From Eledone cirrhosa (lineage: Eukaryota): a DNA stretch of 64,000 bases. This document shows positions 39,535-53,950 of the stretch, piece by piece. The position numbers were made by a program, and so were the translations under genes. Within the stretch, counting starts at the first letter, position 1. Each line of letters opens with the position of its first letter. The DNA lies in contig OZ024741.1 of NCBI GenBank assembly GCA_964016885.1, positions 66,092,001 to 66,156,000 on the forward strand, read 5' to 3'. The notes under the pieces were generated by a model. It was not told the DNA's origin and did no database searches. It worked only from the letters and a program-made list of their open reading frames with translations.

Positions 39535-39941
39535 ATCGATTCCAGTGCATTACTGGTACTTTATTTTATCAACCCTGCAAGGATGAAAGGCAAAGCTAAC
39601 CTCGATGGGATTTGAATGCAGAACGTAAAGAACCATAACTCTATGTCACTAAGCATGTTTCCAATGTTCTACCGATTCTGCCAATCCACCACCCTTGAAA
39701 ATTTAAATATAATAATAATAATTAATACTTCCAAATGCACAGCTGCTGCTGCACCTATAGACACGCAAAAACATTCTTGATAGCATCTCAGAAAAAGTTA
39801 TTGTACTGACTGGAGAAAAACCTTCATTCAGAAACACACTACCACCATTAGCATACTGACATATATCCTCCTTCTATCTCTTTTACCTCTACTACAATGG
39901 CTGCTGTTCTTCCAATCAAGCAAAGTTTTCAATAGGAGACC

Positions 39942-39968
39942 ACTTACCTAGAAAGAGAAAGAAGAAAC
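39942..39968 (-). promoter_or_regulatory. Candidate 3' splice site immediately followed by a 5' splice site (recursive splice / ratchet-point motif)
   Basis: Minus strand reads gtttcttctttctctttctAG|GTAAGT. Confidence 0.4.
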
Positions 39969-40633
39969 ATACTAAATATTACATAAGTGAAAACATTGAT
40001 TATATATGAATAGAACGGTCCACAGTATATGCATTTGTATAAAATCAAAATGTTATTTCTGTTTTCCCATCAGCAGTCAACAAGGGAACCTCTATTGGGT
40101 TGTTCAGCCTGCTAGAAATAGCAGTCAAATGTTCCTCAAACCACACTCTTAAAAAAGGTACTAAATAATTAGTTTGTGAGTACACTATGTTTAGTCATTG
40201 CTAGAATGGCTTTGATCATCGGTCTGCTTCATGGTTGTGGCTGAGATGGAGATAACCAGCAATATCTCTTGAAATGCCATATATACTCAATTGTAAATTG
40301 ATCTTGTGTAAAAGTCGACCCACTTGTGCAAGGGTTAAAAATCTGAAGTTTTCCCTGTATTTTGTGTAATAGTTGACTAGTTTTTTCATAGGCATCAGAT
40401 ATTATATAAATATTTCTAGCCGAGGGATTACCTTGTGTAAAAATGCATTTTCATATAGAATTCACACAAACATTAGGGTACAAACAGATTTCTCAAGTTC
40501 ATTATCAGAGAAGCACTGTAAAATACAAAATACACCACACCATTTCTTATATGTTGAGTTTGACCATATGGATTTGCAAATATAATTTTGTTATTCTTTG
40601 TTATTTCAAATCTTTTATTTATTTTTTCCTTAT

Positions 40634-40818
40634 TTCATTTACATTACTCTATATTTACTATTATATTTTCTTGATATTGAATCTATGAGGTTTTTATATG
40701 ATTCATTTTGAGAACAATACCTTAACGTTAGTATGAGTGGCCAGTTTCAGCTGGTTTGAATAGAAAGAGGTGAGAGAATTCTGGCCGGATATGATTTGTT
40801 TAACTGCTAAAGGGTTAA
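40634..40818 (-). mobile_element. MITE family A with one end lost
   Basis: Body similarity to other copies; ends tgctaaaggg|ttaa. Confidence 0.75.
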
Positions 40819-40830
40819 GAGATTATTTAC

Positions 40831-41803
40831 GCTTCTGTTACTAGTACTTTCGATTGCTTCTGCTACTAGTACTTTTGATTGCTTCTGCTACTAGTACTTT
40901 CGATTGCTTCTGCTACTAGTACTTTCGATTGCTTCTGCTACTAGTACTTTCAATTGCTTCTGCTACTAGTACTTTCGATTGCTTCTGCTACTAGTACTTT
41001 CGATTGCTTCTGCTACTAGTACTTTCGATTGCTTCTGCTACTAGTACTTTCGATTGCTTCTGCTACTAGTACTTTTGATTGCTTCTCCTACTAGTACTTT
41101 CGATTGCTTCTGCTACTAGTACTTTCGATTGCTTCTGCTACTAGTACTTTCGATTGCTTCTGCTACTAGTACTTTCAATTGCTTCTGCTACTAGTACTTT
41201 CGATTGCTTCTGCTACTAGTACTCTCGATTGCTTCTGCTACTAGTACTTTCGATTGCTTCTGCTACTAGTACTTTCGATTGCTTCTGCTACTAGTACTTT
41301 TGATTGCTTCTGCTACTAGTACTTTCGATTGCTTCTGCTACTAGTACTTTTGATTGCTTCTGCTACTAGTACTTTTGATTGCTTCTGCTACTAGTACTTT
41401 CGATTGCTTCTGCTACTAGTACTTTCGATTGCTTCTGCTACTAGTACTTTTGATTGCTTCTGTTACTAGTACTTTCGATTGCTTCTGTTACTAGTACTTT
41501 TGATTGCTTCTGCTACTAGTACTTTCGATTGCTTCTGCTACTAGTACTTTCAATTGCTTCTGCTACTAGTACTTTCGATTGCTTCTGCTACTAGTACTTT
41601 CGATTGCTTCTGTTACTAGTACTTTCGATTGCTTCTGTTACTAGTACTTTCGATTGCTTCTGTTACTAGTACTTTCGATTGCTTCTGCTACTAGTACTTT
41701 CGATTGCTTCTGTTACTAGTACTTTCGATTGCTTCTGTTACTAGTACTTTCGATTGCTTCTGTTACTAGTACTTTCGACTGCTTCTGCTACTAGTACTTT
41801 CGA
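40831..41803. repeat. Minisatellite, 25-bp unit gcttctgctactagtactttcgatt, about 39 copies
   Basis: Head-to-tail periodicity seen directly, few variants. Confidence 0.97.
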
Positions 41804-42484
41804 GTGCACCTCAACAATTCTAGTACATCAAATGTGGTATCTGTGTAATAGACAACTCTAGTTTTAACTTTTAATGCCTTATACCATATGAAACCACATT
41901 AATAAGACATTCTTGAAATGTATAAAACAGCACTATGAATGCATTACATTAAAAATTAAAGTCTTTATTTTAGTTTATTGCAAATTTTACAACAATCTGG
42001 AAGGATACTATAAACATTTAAATTAACAAATCTGACAGGATAATAATATTATCTTACAGGGTACTTTTTGTCATTGAGTATTTTTAAACCATCAGTTAAT
42101 GAAACTTCAATTCTAATAAACACCAAGACAGAATTTTTAAAAGCAGAAAAATTCTGTTAATGGGTTGTGTCTTGAAGTGAAAAACTGAACATAACATGAA
42201 GACAATAGCAGAACCTACTACTTCTATATAAATGTTTCCTACAGCCTGAAGAATTAATTATACCAAAAACTGCTTTCTCTTGAATGATTTTAAGCTATAA
42301 TGTTTGGATACTGACTGGAGAGCTCTTCACCTCAGGCTATCCACTAGAAAGACATTGACATCTGTTAACTGAAGACTACTGCTACTACTACAACTAATAA
42401 TAATAATGTTTCAAATTTAGGTACAAGGTCACTAGTTAGAGAGGGAGGAAGTCGATAGGAAGTTGATAATATTGACCCCAGTAC

Positions 42485-42708
42485 TTAACTCTTTAGCATT
42501 TACATTACTCTATATTTACTATTATATTTTCACAGTAAAGGCTTTATTTCACATAATTATCTCATATTGAATCTACAAGATGTTGATATTATTTATTTTG
42601 AGAGCAATACCTCAACATAAGTATGAGTAGTCAGTTATGGCCAGTTTGAACAGAAAGAAGTAAGAGAATTCTGGCCAGATATGACTGGTTTAAATGCTAA
42701 ATGGTTAA
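42485..42708 (-). mobile_element. MITE family A nested in a SINE (about 42405-42830)
   Basis: ttaa|ctctttagcattta ... taaatgctaaatgg|ttaa; SINE halves on both sides. Confidence 0.85.
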
Positions 42709-44394
42709 ATGCTACTTTACTTTATCAACCTCAGAAGAATAAAAGGCATTTTATCTGCAGGATTCAAATTTAGAAAGAGCTGGAACAAATACTGCTAAGC
42801 ATTTGTCTGATGCTCTAATGACTCTGCCAAAAATAATATTACATTAATAATTGAGCTGGGGTTAAATAACATCAGTTAGCTTAAAAACCTAGATTTATAT
42901 GGTTTTATATGTAGGGAAATAGCCTGGCAGGGGGCTCAACATAATTACCAAATGTAGTTGGTTTTGAGTTTCACCCTACATTTGCTTCCTTATTTTTGTT
43001 ATATCCTAATTATGTATATCCTGATATATCATCATCATCATCACCGTTTAACGTCCATTTTTCCACGCTAGCATGAGTTAGACGAGTTGTTCTGTTGTGA
43101 GACAGGTCAGGTCAGGTGACTATGTCTTGCTCATACAGAACTGATTTTGGCTTGGTTTCTACAGCTGGATGCCCTTCCTAATACCAACCACATTTACAAT
43201 GTAAATATAAAATATAAATAGTTATTAACTCCTTTGATACCAAACTGACTAAAACAAACCTAGGTTCTATAACACAACTATGTTCATAGAAAACATAGGA
43301 CATTCAGACACAGAAAATAAATGTAAATACAGTTGGTTGCTATATTTAGAGTTATTTCCTGCATGTAATTTCCCTACATTTCCTGTGAACTTCATAACCT
43401 CTGAGTGCTTCAAAAGTTTGAACAAAACTCTATGCTTTAAAGTCATCACCGCCACCACCACCACTGTTTAACATCCATTTTTCTATGCTAGCATGGGTTA
43501 GACGAGTTGTCCTGTTGTGAGATAAGCCAGATCAAATGACTGTGTCTTACTCATACAGAGCTGATTCTGGCTTGGTTTCTATGCTGGATGCCCTTCCTAA
43601 CACCAGCCAAATTTACAGTATGTACTGGGTGCTTTTTATTGTGGCAACAAAACGACCACTTTACAGTGTGTACTCAGTGCTTTTTGTTGTGTCACTAATG
43701 CTACCACTTCCATCCTAGTTTTATGTTAGAACCTCTTAAGTTATGCTCCAAACAGCAGCTTAATAATTAGATAGTTGTATGTTATTAAATCTTTCTAAAT
43801 TCATTATCTTTTTCAAAATTATTTGAAAATCATGGTCAGTGTGTTTAGCCAGCATTTCGTGGGTGTCAAGGTGAATAAAGATAAAGAGTTGATGGTGAGA
43901 GTTATGTTCAGCAACAGGTTGGGGAGGAGAAAATAAATGAGGTATGTGAGACGGAAGGTAAACAAGTGGAGAAATATCTGATATGTCCAAAATGGTACAG
44001 ACTTTTACTAACTCCATTCTATTCTTTCATATCCTCTCATAAACTAATACCACAGACAATTAATCTACCAACAAATATGTTATAATAAATTACATATTTT
44101 ATCAATTGTGAACAATTAGATGTGGAATGTAAACACTCCTTAGATACATATATTTATATAAATATTATCGGTAGTGGGTCGGAAACCATGCTTTCCAGCA
44201 TAGTTACGTCCCTTTACGATCTGAGTTCAAATCCCGCCGAGGTTGACTTTGCCTTTCATCCTTACGGGGTCGATAAAATAAAGTACCAGTAATACACTGG
44301 ATAATTGCTGGCCTTGTGCCAAAAAGTAGAAACAATTATTAAAAGTAAACTATCAAACAAATGCTAAGCAGTATTTGTTCCAGTTCTACCATCT

Positions 44395-44870
44395 CTGAAT
44401 GCCTTGCTTCCTTTGGCATGGATACATTAAAGTTCCAACGTCTGGCAACTGACTTGGTAGACACTTACAAGATTATTAACCATCTTTCTAACAACAACAC
44501 TGAGCACCTTTTTGAATTCCATGAGTCTAACACCTATGGACGTGCTTACAAAATCAGAAAACAGTACAGCTCCCATGACTTTCAGAAACATTTTTTCACA
44601 CTCAGAGTTTCTGAAGTATGGAACAAACTATCTGCATCAGTTGTTAGCTGTCAGGACACTACACCCTTCAAAACCTCCATGTTTCCTGAAATTCGCCAAC
44701 ACTACACCTGATATTCCCCCTCCATACACATGCACGCATGCATGTATATCATGATTCACACATGTTCACTTTCCTGACATTTGTACATTATTTTATGTAC
44801 TTTACTTGCATCTTTGATGAGTTGTAGTGCACCTGAGCACTGTAGACAATAATTTTCATTATTATTATTA
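44395..44870 (+). mobile_element. CR1-clade LINE 3' end
   Basis: Encodes TLKFQRLATDLVDTYKII...KHFFTLRVSEVWNKL, resembling the CR1-type C-terminus; 3' UTR and (ATT)n tail. Confidence 0.8.
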
Positions 44871-45009
44871 GTAGTAGTATGTCACACACATACACCATTC
44901 CACACATGCATGCACTCGGAATAGACCACCTTTGATTTCAAAAATGAGTGTTCCGATTCTCTGATCAATGGAACAGTAAGGGTTGGGATGAGGTGAAATC
45001 AATGTATGA

Positions 45010-45545
45010 GTGGGAGTCAGTGGATTTCAAGAAGGTAGAGGTGATGAGGGAACAATGGGAGGGGTCATGAAGATGGAGATGTCCAAGAAGTTAACAAAGG
45101 GAGTGGAAATAGAGGTGGTGAAGTCGAGGGTGGTGTAGAAAGAACAGGAAAGAGAAAATGGAGTTGAGTAGCTCCCAGGTGAGTCAGGTGGCACTGATAC
45201 AGTCGTCAATATAACAGTCATATAGCTTGGAGATGGGGCCTGTGTATTGGGCAAAGATTTGGGCCTCAACATAGCCAACATATAGGTTGTTAGAGTTGGG
45301 GCCCATTCTTGTGCCCATGGCAACCCCGGTTACTTCTTTGTAAAACTCAATCGAGAAGGAAAAACAGTTGCGGGTGAGGTCCAGCAAAGTATGGCAGATG
45401 AGGGTGGATGTGGAGGGTTGAGGGGAGGAAATGCTAGAGGGCACAGAGGCCTTGGGTGTATGGGATGACTGTGTAGAGAGATTTGATGTTGAGGGTGAAC
45501 AGGAGGGCTGTGGACCAGGCAGGAAGATGATGGAGGAGAAAAGCA
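45010..45545 (-). pseudogene. Penelope-like element RT fragment, frameshifted
   Basis: NIKSLYTVIP, NCFSF...GVAMGTRMGP...YIDD and VNFLDI motifs. Confidence 0.85.
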
Positions 45546-45719
45546 GAGGGCATGGAAACTTTTACAAATATTTGTTGAGCCCAATTTTCTATATCGTTTG
45601 TTTATTGCATATACGGACAGTCGATCAGTTTTCATCAAATCGGATCGAGGAAACAATGTTTCCATTGGTCTTTCCAATTGCTAATACTATCTATCGGTCA
45701 CTAATACACTATCGGTAGA

Positions 45720-45840
45720 AGGAGCAACGTGAAACAAAGTGTCTTGTTCAAGGACATAACACATTGCCCAGTCCGGGAATCAAACTCACAACCTCACGAT
45801 TGCGAATCCAATTCTCTAACCACTCAGCCACACGCCTTCA
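45720..45840 (-). mobile_element. tRNA-derived SINE head fragment
   Basis: Minus strand ggcgtgtggctgagtggttagag...gagtttgattcccggac. Confidence 0.7.
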
Positions 45841-45849
45841 ACACATCGC

Positions 45850-45885
<36 letters not shown>

Positions 45886-46169
45886 ATGTGAGTGTGTGTG
45901 TGTATGTGTGTGTGTGAAAACAGGGAGAAAAAGACGATTATTAGGAAGAAAAATTTTTTTTTTCCTTTTTTATGGTGCCATATCAGGTAACTAAACATGT
46001 TGACATCATGAAGAATGTTGACCATAAAACACTGCTTTAAAAAGTTTCATCCAATTCATGGAAGAGTGAATGTGAAAATGGTTATGATGATAATGGCACA
46101 AACATGCATAAACTCCACATATACACATACTATTCTCTGAAGCAGTAATTAAATAACCACCAGCACAAC

Positions 46170-47662
46170 AATCTATACATATGCCAGTCTAACAATCTAT
46201 ATATACACCAGCATTACAATCTATATATACACTAGCATAACAATCTATATATACACTAACATTATAATCTATATATACACCAGTGTAACAGTCTTTATAT
46301 ACTCCAGTGTAACAATCTATATATATATATATATATATACCAGCATCACAATCATTATATACACCAATGTAATAACTTTATATACACCAGCATAACAGTC
46401 ATTATATACACCAATGTAATAACTTTATATATCCCAGCATAACAATCTCTATATACACCAGCGTAACAATCTTTATATACACCAGTTTAACAATCTTTAT
46501 ATACACCAGTGTAACAATCTTTATATACACCAGCATAACAATCTTTATATACACCAATGTAATAACTTTATATACACCAGCGTAACAATCTTTATATACA
46601 CCAATGTAATAACTTTATATACATCAGTGTAACAATATTTATATACACCAGTGTAACAATCTTTATATACACCAATGCAACAATCTATATATACACCAGC
46701 ATCACAATCATTATATACATCAATGTAATAACTTTATATACACCAGCATAACAATCTTTATATACACCCGCATAACAATCTTTATATACACCAGTGTAAC
46801 AATCTATATATACACCAGCATCACAATCATTATATACATCAATGTAATAACTTTATATACACCCGCATAACAATCTTTATATACACCAGTGTAACAATCT
46901 ATATATACACCAGCATCACAATCATTATATACATCAATGTAATAACTTTATATACACCAGCATAACAATCTTTATATACACCCGCATAACAATCTTTATA
47001 TACACCAGTGTAACAATCTATATATACACCAGCATCACAATCATTATATACATCAATGTAATAACTTTATATACACCCGCATAACAATCTTTATATACAC
47101 CAGTGTAACAATCTATATATACACCAGCATCACAATCATTATATACATCAATGTAATAACTTTATATACACCAGCATAACAATCTTTATATACACCCGCA
47201 TAACAATCTTTATATACACCAGTGTAACAATCTATATATACACCAGCATCACAATCATTATATACATCAATGTAATAACTTTATATACACCCGCATAACA
47301 ATCTTTATATACACCAGTGTAACAATCTATATATACACCAGCATTACAATCATTATATACATCAATGTAATAACTTTATATACACCAGCATAACAATCTT
47401 TATATACACCAGCATTACAATCTTTATATACACCAGTGTAACAATCTATATATACACCAGCATCACAATCATTATATACATCAATGTAATAACTTTATAT
47501 ACACCAGCATAACAATCTTTATATACACCAGCATTACAATCTTTATATACACCAGCATTACAATCTTTATATACACCAGCATTACAATCTTTATATACAC
47601 CAGCATTACAATCTTTATATACACCAGCATTACAATCTTTATATACACCAGCATTACAATCT
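46170..47662. repeat. Minisatellite, 23-24-bp unit (caccagcataacaatctttatata) with a 214-bp higher-order repeat
   Basis: Direct periodicity; variant order recurs at 46694, 46908, 47122 and 47336. Confidence 0.95.
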
Positions 47663-48135
47663 AAAATAAGCCATCAAAGAGACAGTACCACATCACACCA
47701 TTTCTCAATGGTGTCATTTCAAAGTTCCACTATCAAACACAGATTTATCAATGGCTCAGCTTTATTTCAGAGTTTCTTAAAATTTTGAAAAGGAAAATAA
47801 AATGGTAAAAATATCTGACATTTGAAACATCACCATTAATGACTTCATAGAGGGAGAAAAAACACCTCAAAAATTTGAATATATATGTAGACACATATGT
47901 ATGTATATATGTGTGTGTATGTGTGTGTATGCGTGTATATATATATATATAAATGTGTGTGTGTGTGTGCATGTATAACTATGCGTGTGTGTCTATATAT
48001 ATATATATATGTGTGTATATATATATATGTGTGAGTGTGTGTATATGTATCTGTGTGTGCATGTATATATATATATATGTGTGTATGTGTGTGTGTGCAT
48101 GTATAACTATGCGTGTGTGTCTATATATATATATA

Positions 48136-48166
<31 letters not shown>

Positions 48167-48755
48167 GTGAGTGTGTGTATATGTATCTGTGTGTACATGT
48201 ATAAATATGAGTATGTGTGTGTATATATATATATGTGTGTGTGTGTGCATGTATAAATATGAGTGTGTATATATGTATGTATGTATGTATGTATACACAT
48301 GTAATTATATATATATAATATATATATATAATATAAATGTGTATTACACACACACACATACACATACACAAAGAAAGAAACATTAAAACATTATCAGTAG
48401 TAATATTGCTTTCTTGGCTTCTATTGGCAGATTTTTATGTGTGTTCTCTTGGAGACTAAACGCCTGATTAAATCTGATTAAATACATTGAAGGCAAAAAG
48501 CAGAAGATGGAAAATTAAAATAGAACCCCCCCCCCCCCAAAAAAAAACAGAAATAAATAAATTAAAAATAAACAAAGGGAGGGGAAAAAATAGCTGAATC
48601 TCTGCTATATCCCCTGCTCCCTCTCACATCAATTGGTTTCAATAGTTAGAGGTATTTTATATTAGATACGATCGGATGGGGTACATCATGTTATTTTTGA
48701 TTGGCTGGTTATATATATATATATGTATATATATTTTTTTTTTTTGATTGGCTGG

Positions 48756-48842
<87 letters not shown>

Positions 48843-49117
48843 TGTATGTATGTATGTACATATATATAGGCAAAAATCTGTTTTATGATGTTGTTGTAGT
48901 TGTTGTTGTTTTTTAGCCGCAGGTCACCATCTGATTAAACAGGTCAATGATCAAAGACATTCAATCATTTATTCAATGCATCTCACTTTATTTAAAATGG
49001 TAGGCTGAAATTGGAGGGGGATTTGGCTGTTATTTCTTATCTGCCAAAATCTGTTTCATGATGTTGTTGTTGTTATTGTAGTTGTTGTTGTTGTTTAGCC
49101 CCATGTCAGCTCTGATA

Positions 49118-49283
49118 CAGACCTGCCAATCTCTAAAAACCCAAACGGGAAGTACCATGAAAAAAAGTGCCCAAAATGGGGAAAAATGAGGCAAAATGGG
49201 AAGGTTTTACATAATGAAAGCTATACCTATTTTCACCAAAACGGGGAGATCCTCCCATCGGACAGGGAGAGTTGACAGGTCTG
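49118..49283 (+). mobile_element. MITE family C with 6-bp TSD ctgata, nested in a SINE-like repeat
   Basis: ctgata|cagacctgcc ... gacaggtctg|ctgata. Confidence 0.85.
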
Positions 49284-50550
49284 CTGATAAAACAGGTCAA
49301 TGATCGAAGACCTTTCAGTCACTTGTTCAATATATCCTACTTTATTTAAAATTCTAAGCTGTTAATTTGAGGAAGATTTAGCTGCTATTTTTTTGTGCAA
49401 CCACCATAGGCATTGACTTGTTGGTACCAAGCTGTAGTGGCTTTTGTCTTTCCTTTAGACATCAGTGGCATGGAGAAGGGAGACTGGTACTCATAAGCTA
49501 CTGCTAGCTAGTCTTCCATAAAAACACATTACCTGGGCTTGTGCTTCAGAGGGAACCTTTCCAGGTGCAAACCCATGGTCAGCCATAACTGAAGAGGGGC
49601 TTCCCTTCCCTGATATTCATCTTGTTTCTCTTTGAGATTCCTGGAAGGTATAACTAGTCTAATTGATACTTTAATAGATAATGAAGCAGAAGTTCAAAGG
49701 TTCCAATCTTATCATTGGTGCCAGGCATTTGCCTATGGGTAAGACACACTTTTAGCACTCAAACATCAGAGACCATTGGACTAAGCTGGTATCATAGTGT
49801 TATTTAACTCCAAGTCAACCTAATCCCACAAAGGTTAGCTTTGCTTTACGGGGTCAATAAAATAAAGTACCAGTAATGCACTGGGGTCAATTTAATCAAC
49901 TTTCCCCTCCCTAAAAATTGTTAGCCTTGTGCCCAAATCAGAACCCATTAGCAAAGAGTTACGGCCCTTTATGGTCTGAGTTCAAATCCCGCCGAGGTTA
50001 ACTTTGCCTTTCATCCTTGTGCCAAAAGTAGAAACAATTATTATTTCTTTTTTTTATTATTATTATTATTATTAAGGCGGTGGACTGGCAGTATTGGTGG
50101 AGCAACGAATGGAATGCTTTACAGCATAAGTTCAAATCCCACTGAGGTCAGCTTTGCCTTTCGTCATTATGGGGTTGATAAAATAAAGTACCAGTAATGC
50201 ACTGGGGTCAAATTAATCGACTTTCTCTTTCCCAAAAATTGTTCGCCTTCTGCCTAAATCAGAAACCATTATTACCACCATCACCACTACCACTACTACT
50301 ACCACCACCACCACTACCACCACCACCACCACTACAACTACTACTACTACATTCATACCTCATGTTCCAAAGAAAAAAGAACTTAAGTTATACGTCAATT
50401 TATATTTCGCTACAATATCTATAAACAGTTATTGCTGTTTAATATTTATAAATTATTGATGACAACCTTTTCAAAAGTAAGATTAGATAGGAAGGTGGTA
50501 GCACTTTACTATATTTAATACTTGCGCTATACATTTTTTCAGTGTATATG

Positions 50551-50682
<132 letters not shown>

Positions 50683-50771
50683 GTGTGTGTGTATATATAT
50701 ATATAATATATATTTATATTAAGCAGTTTTTTCCCTTCTTTTTTATCCCTCCATCCGACCGTATTGTCTGT

Positions 50772-50989
50772 TTAACCCTTTTGAACCAATGTGCCAAAAC
50801 AGTCTCTGGTTTTATGAAACAAAGCCAACCATTTTAAAAGGTTCCTAAAACCAAATTTTATAGAAGAAAATTTTGTTATGTTACAAATATTTCACTGAAA
50901 TTATAATTTTATTAAAAACTTGCCAAATTCTTGATTAACTACTTAAAATATAAAATATTTCATTATAAATATGCTAATGAAAGGGTTAA
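50772..50989 (+). mobile_element. MITE family B
   Basis: ttaa|cccttt ... aaaggg|ttaa. Confidence 0.75.
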
Positions 50990-51786
50990 CTAAGATATGT
51001 TATCAGCATGATTAATGCAGTCACCTATATTTTCTTTGTCTTTCTACAAGAGCCAGCAACTTGGGTAGGTATGGATGAAAAGAGGTCAACTTTGCCATAC
51101 ATCTTTTCGAGGTTGATAAATAAAGTAACAGCCCAAAAGGACGAAATAATACTGAAAGTCTCAACTTCATAACAGGTTGTGATTGGTTTCAGTTTTTCAA
51201 GAAATTACATAGCATACAGCTAACAGCTGAGGCTGCAAATGCTGCCATAGAAGCCACAACTGCTTTTCCAGCATTACTGAAAATATTAGGGTAAAAGAGT
51301 AAAGACCCCTTTTGGTCATGAATGAACATAGAATTTGCACCTAGAAATTTTCCCCTCCAAGGCACATGTCCAGGAAAGGTTGTTTATAGAAGACCAGTAG
51401 TCACCCATGCATACCAGTCTCTCCATGTTATCCAAGGAAATGCAATGGCCAATACAGTTTGGCACCAGTGATGTCACAACTCATTTCTATGTGAAATAAA
51501 GTGAAATAAAGTGTCTGGCTCAAGAACACTGTGCATCACCTGGTTTGAGAATCAAACTCACAAACTCATAATTGTAAGCCCAACTATGCCATGTGCCTTC
51601 ACACCACAGCAAATTTACAACAGAGTAGGAACGGCTGTGGGATTAAATAATTTGCTTTGCAGCGGTGTGGGTTCAATTTCACTGCTTGGCACTTCAGGCA
51701 AATGTCTTCTACTCTGGCCTTGTGTACACCAATGCCTTGTGAGTGGAATTTGGTAGACAGAAACTGCAGAAGCCTGTGTGTGTGTG

Positions 51787-51878
<92 letters not shown>

Positions 51879-51910
51879 TGTGTGATATAGACATGTAGTG
51901 ACTAAGAATA

Positions 51911-52112
51911 TATGAGGGTCAACTAAAAAGTTTATAAGTTGACCAAGATACTCTCATGGAATGACCAAACAAGATTTATTTTTTCAACATAGTCACTGAA
52001 AAGAAACAATGAGTTGTTAATAAGAAGAATTGAAATTAATACATGCAAGATTTCTCAGCTCTAGCATCACTCCTTCATAGTCAGCCTATGAACATTTAAG
52101 CTGACCCTCGTA
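51911..52112 (+). mobile_element. Mariner-like MITE, complete, TA-flanked
   Basis: ta|tgagggtcaactaaaaagtttataag ... ctatgaacatttaagctgaccctcg|ta, imperfect TIR of about 28 bp. Confidence 0.85.
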
Positions 52113-52384
52113 TGGCAGGAAAATAACTCTTGTTTATTAAGGCTATGATAAAATTAGTTTTGCTTTATAGTATTTCATAGAAAGTGAAGATTTCCAAAGA
52201 ACCTATCAATAATATAATGGGATGACTGTGTATGTGTGTATGTATATGATGACTGTTTCTGTGTGTATATGTATATGATGTCTGTATGTATGTGTATGTA
52301 TGTAAGTAAATTATTTTTTTATTTATAGAATGAACACAGGGTTAAATATTTTATTTTTACAGATGAAAGACAACCCATCCCCCT

Positions 52385-52496
<112 letters not shown>

Positions 52497-52583
52497 TAGA
52501 AATAAAATCCTCAGTACAGTAAAATATATGTGAAACTGATAAAAATGTCTTTTTCTGATGATTTTTATTCTTTAACAATAAAA

Positions 52584-52653
<70 letters not shown>

Positions 52654-52878
52654 CCCGACAACCCCAGCCACCCCATCGTCTCCGTCTGCAACTACCCCAA
52701 AAAAACCAAGCGTGAAGGTAATAATACCATGTAACATTTACTCCTGCGTTTGTCTGTTTTTTGTTTTCTGTTATTTCGAACTATATATATATATATATCT
52801 CCACACACACACACACACACTCTCTCTTTCTCTCTTTCTCACATGTCCACACACCCATATATATATCCAAAGAAGCAT

Positions 52879-52964
<86 letters not shown>

Positions 52965-53894
52965 CATATATATACATATATGATGCATATATATACATAT
53001 ATGATGCATATATATATACATATATGATGCATATATATATGCATATATGATGCAGATTTTCAGATATAATTCACACATCATCATCATCATCATCATCATC
53101 GTTTAACGTCTATCTTCCATGCTAGCGTGGGTTTAGATGGGGAATTGTCCCACGTGAGGCAAGAGTGGTGGTCTTGCTCGTATAGGACTGTCTGGCAGGT
53201 TTTCTACGGCTGGATACTCTTCCTAACACCAACCACGTTTACAGTGTGGACTGGGAGGTGTTTACCGTGTTACCTACACAGCCACATTACAGTGTGGACT
53301 GTGTTATTTTTTTGTTGTGACACCTACACGACCTCATTTATTAGGACTGGATGTTGTGGCATGTATACAAGCATAGAAACCCCCCAAAGATGTAATTACC
53401 ATTGAAGTATATGTAATCCCCCACCCCTAGCTACATACATCCTATATGATCTACATTAAGTTGATTACACACAACAGATATAACTGTGAAGGTCAAGGGT
53501 TAACCTTCATTACCTAATTTATGGCCTCCTTTTTTCTTTTTCCACATTTATGTGTGCGCAAGTTTGTATATATTTTTTTTTTATTTTTTTTTTTTTTACT
53601 TATCGGCACTACATTTATCTACCTTTTCACAACTTACCATTCTCTTTCTCTCCATCTCCAGTTTACCAGTTCTTCCCCCCCCCCTCTCTCTCTGTCATCA
53701 TTCCTGTATATCTCACCCAACACTCCTGTAACTAGAAAGATAAACTATATTGTAACTCAGGGCAACAAATTATAGCTATGGCCATTGTAATATATGTGTG
53801 TGTGTGTGTGTATGTGTGTGTGAGTGTGTTTATGACAAAAGCCTCTAGGAATGTTTTCCATCATTCCTTTGGTATACAACTATTATGCAATTTA

Positions 53895-53950
53895 CACCTG
53901 ATGATGTCACCAGGTTTATACGTAACCAGGCCACTGAAATGTGCATAGTG
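53895..53950 (+). ncRNA. Degenerate type I hammerhead-like motif (PLE pLTR type)
   Basis: cac-CTGATGA-stem(ggtt/aacc)-GAAA-tgtgca-TA-gtg, followed by AATAAA. Confidence 0.45.

Noticed and set aside
40831-41803. Possible CRISPR array
   Set aside because: Units are head-to-tail with no unique spacers, there are no cas genes, and the context is eukaryotic
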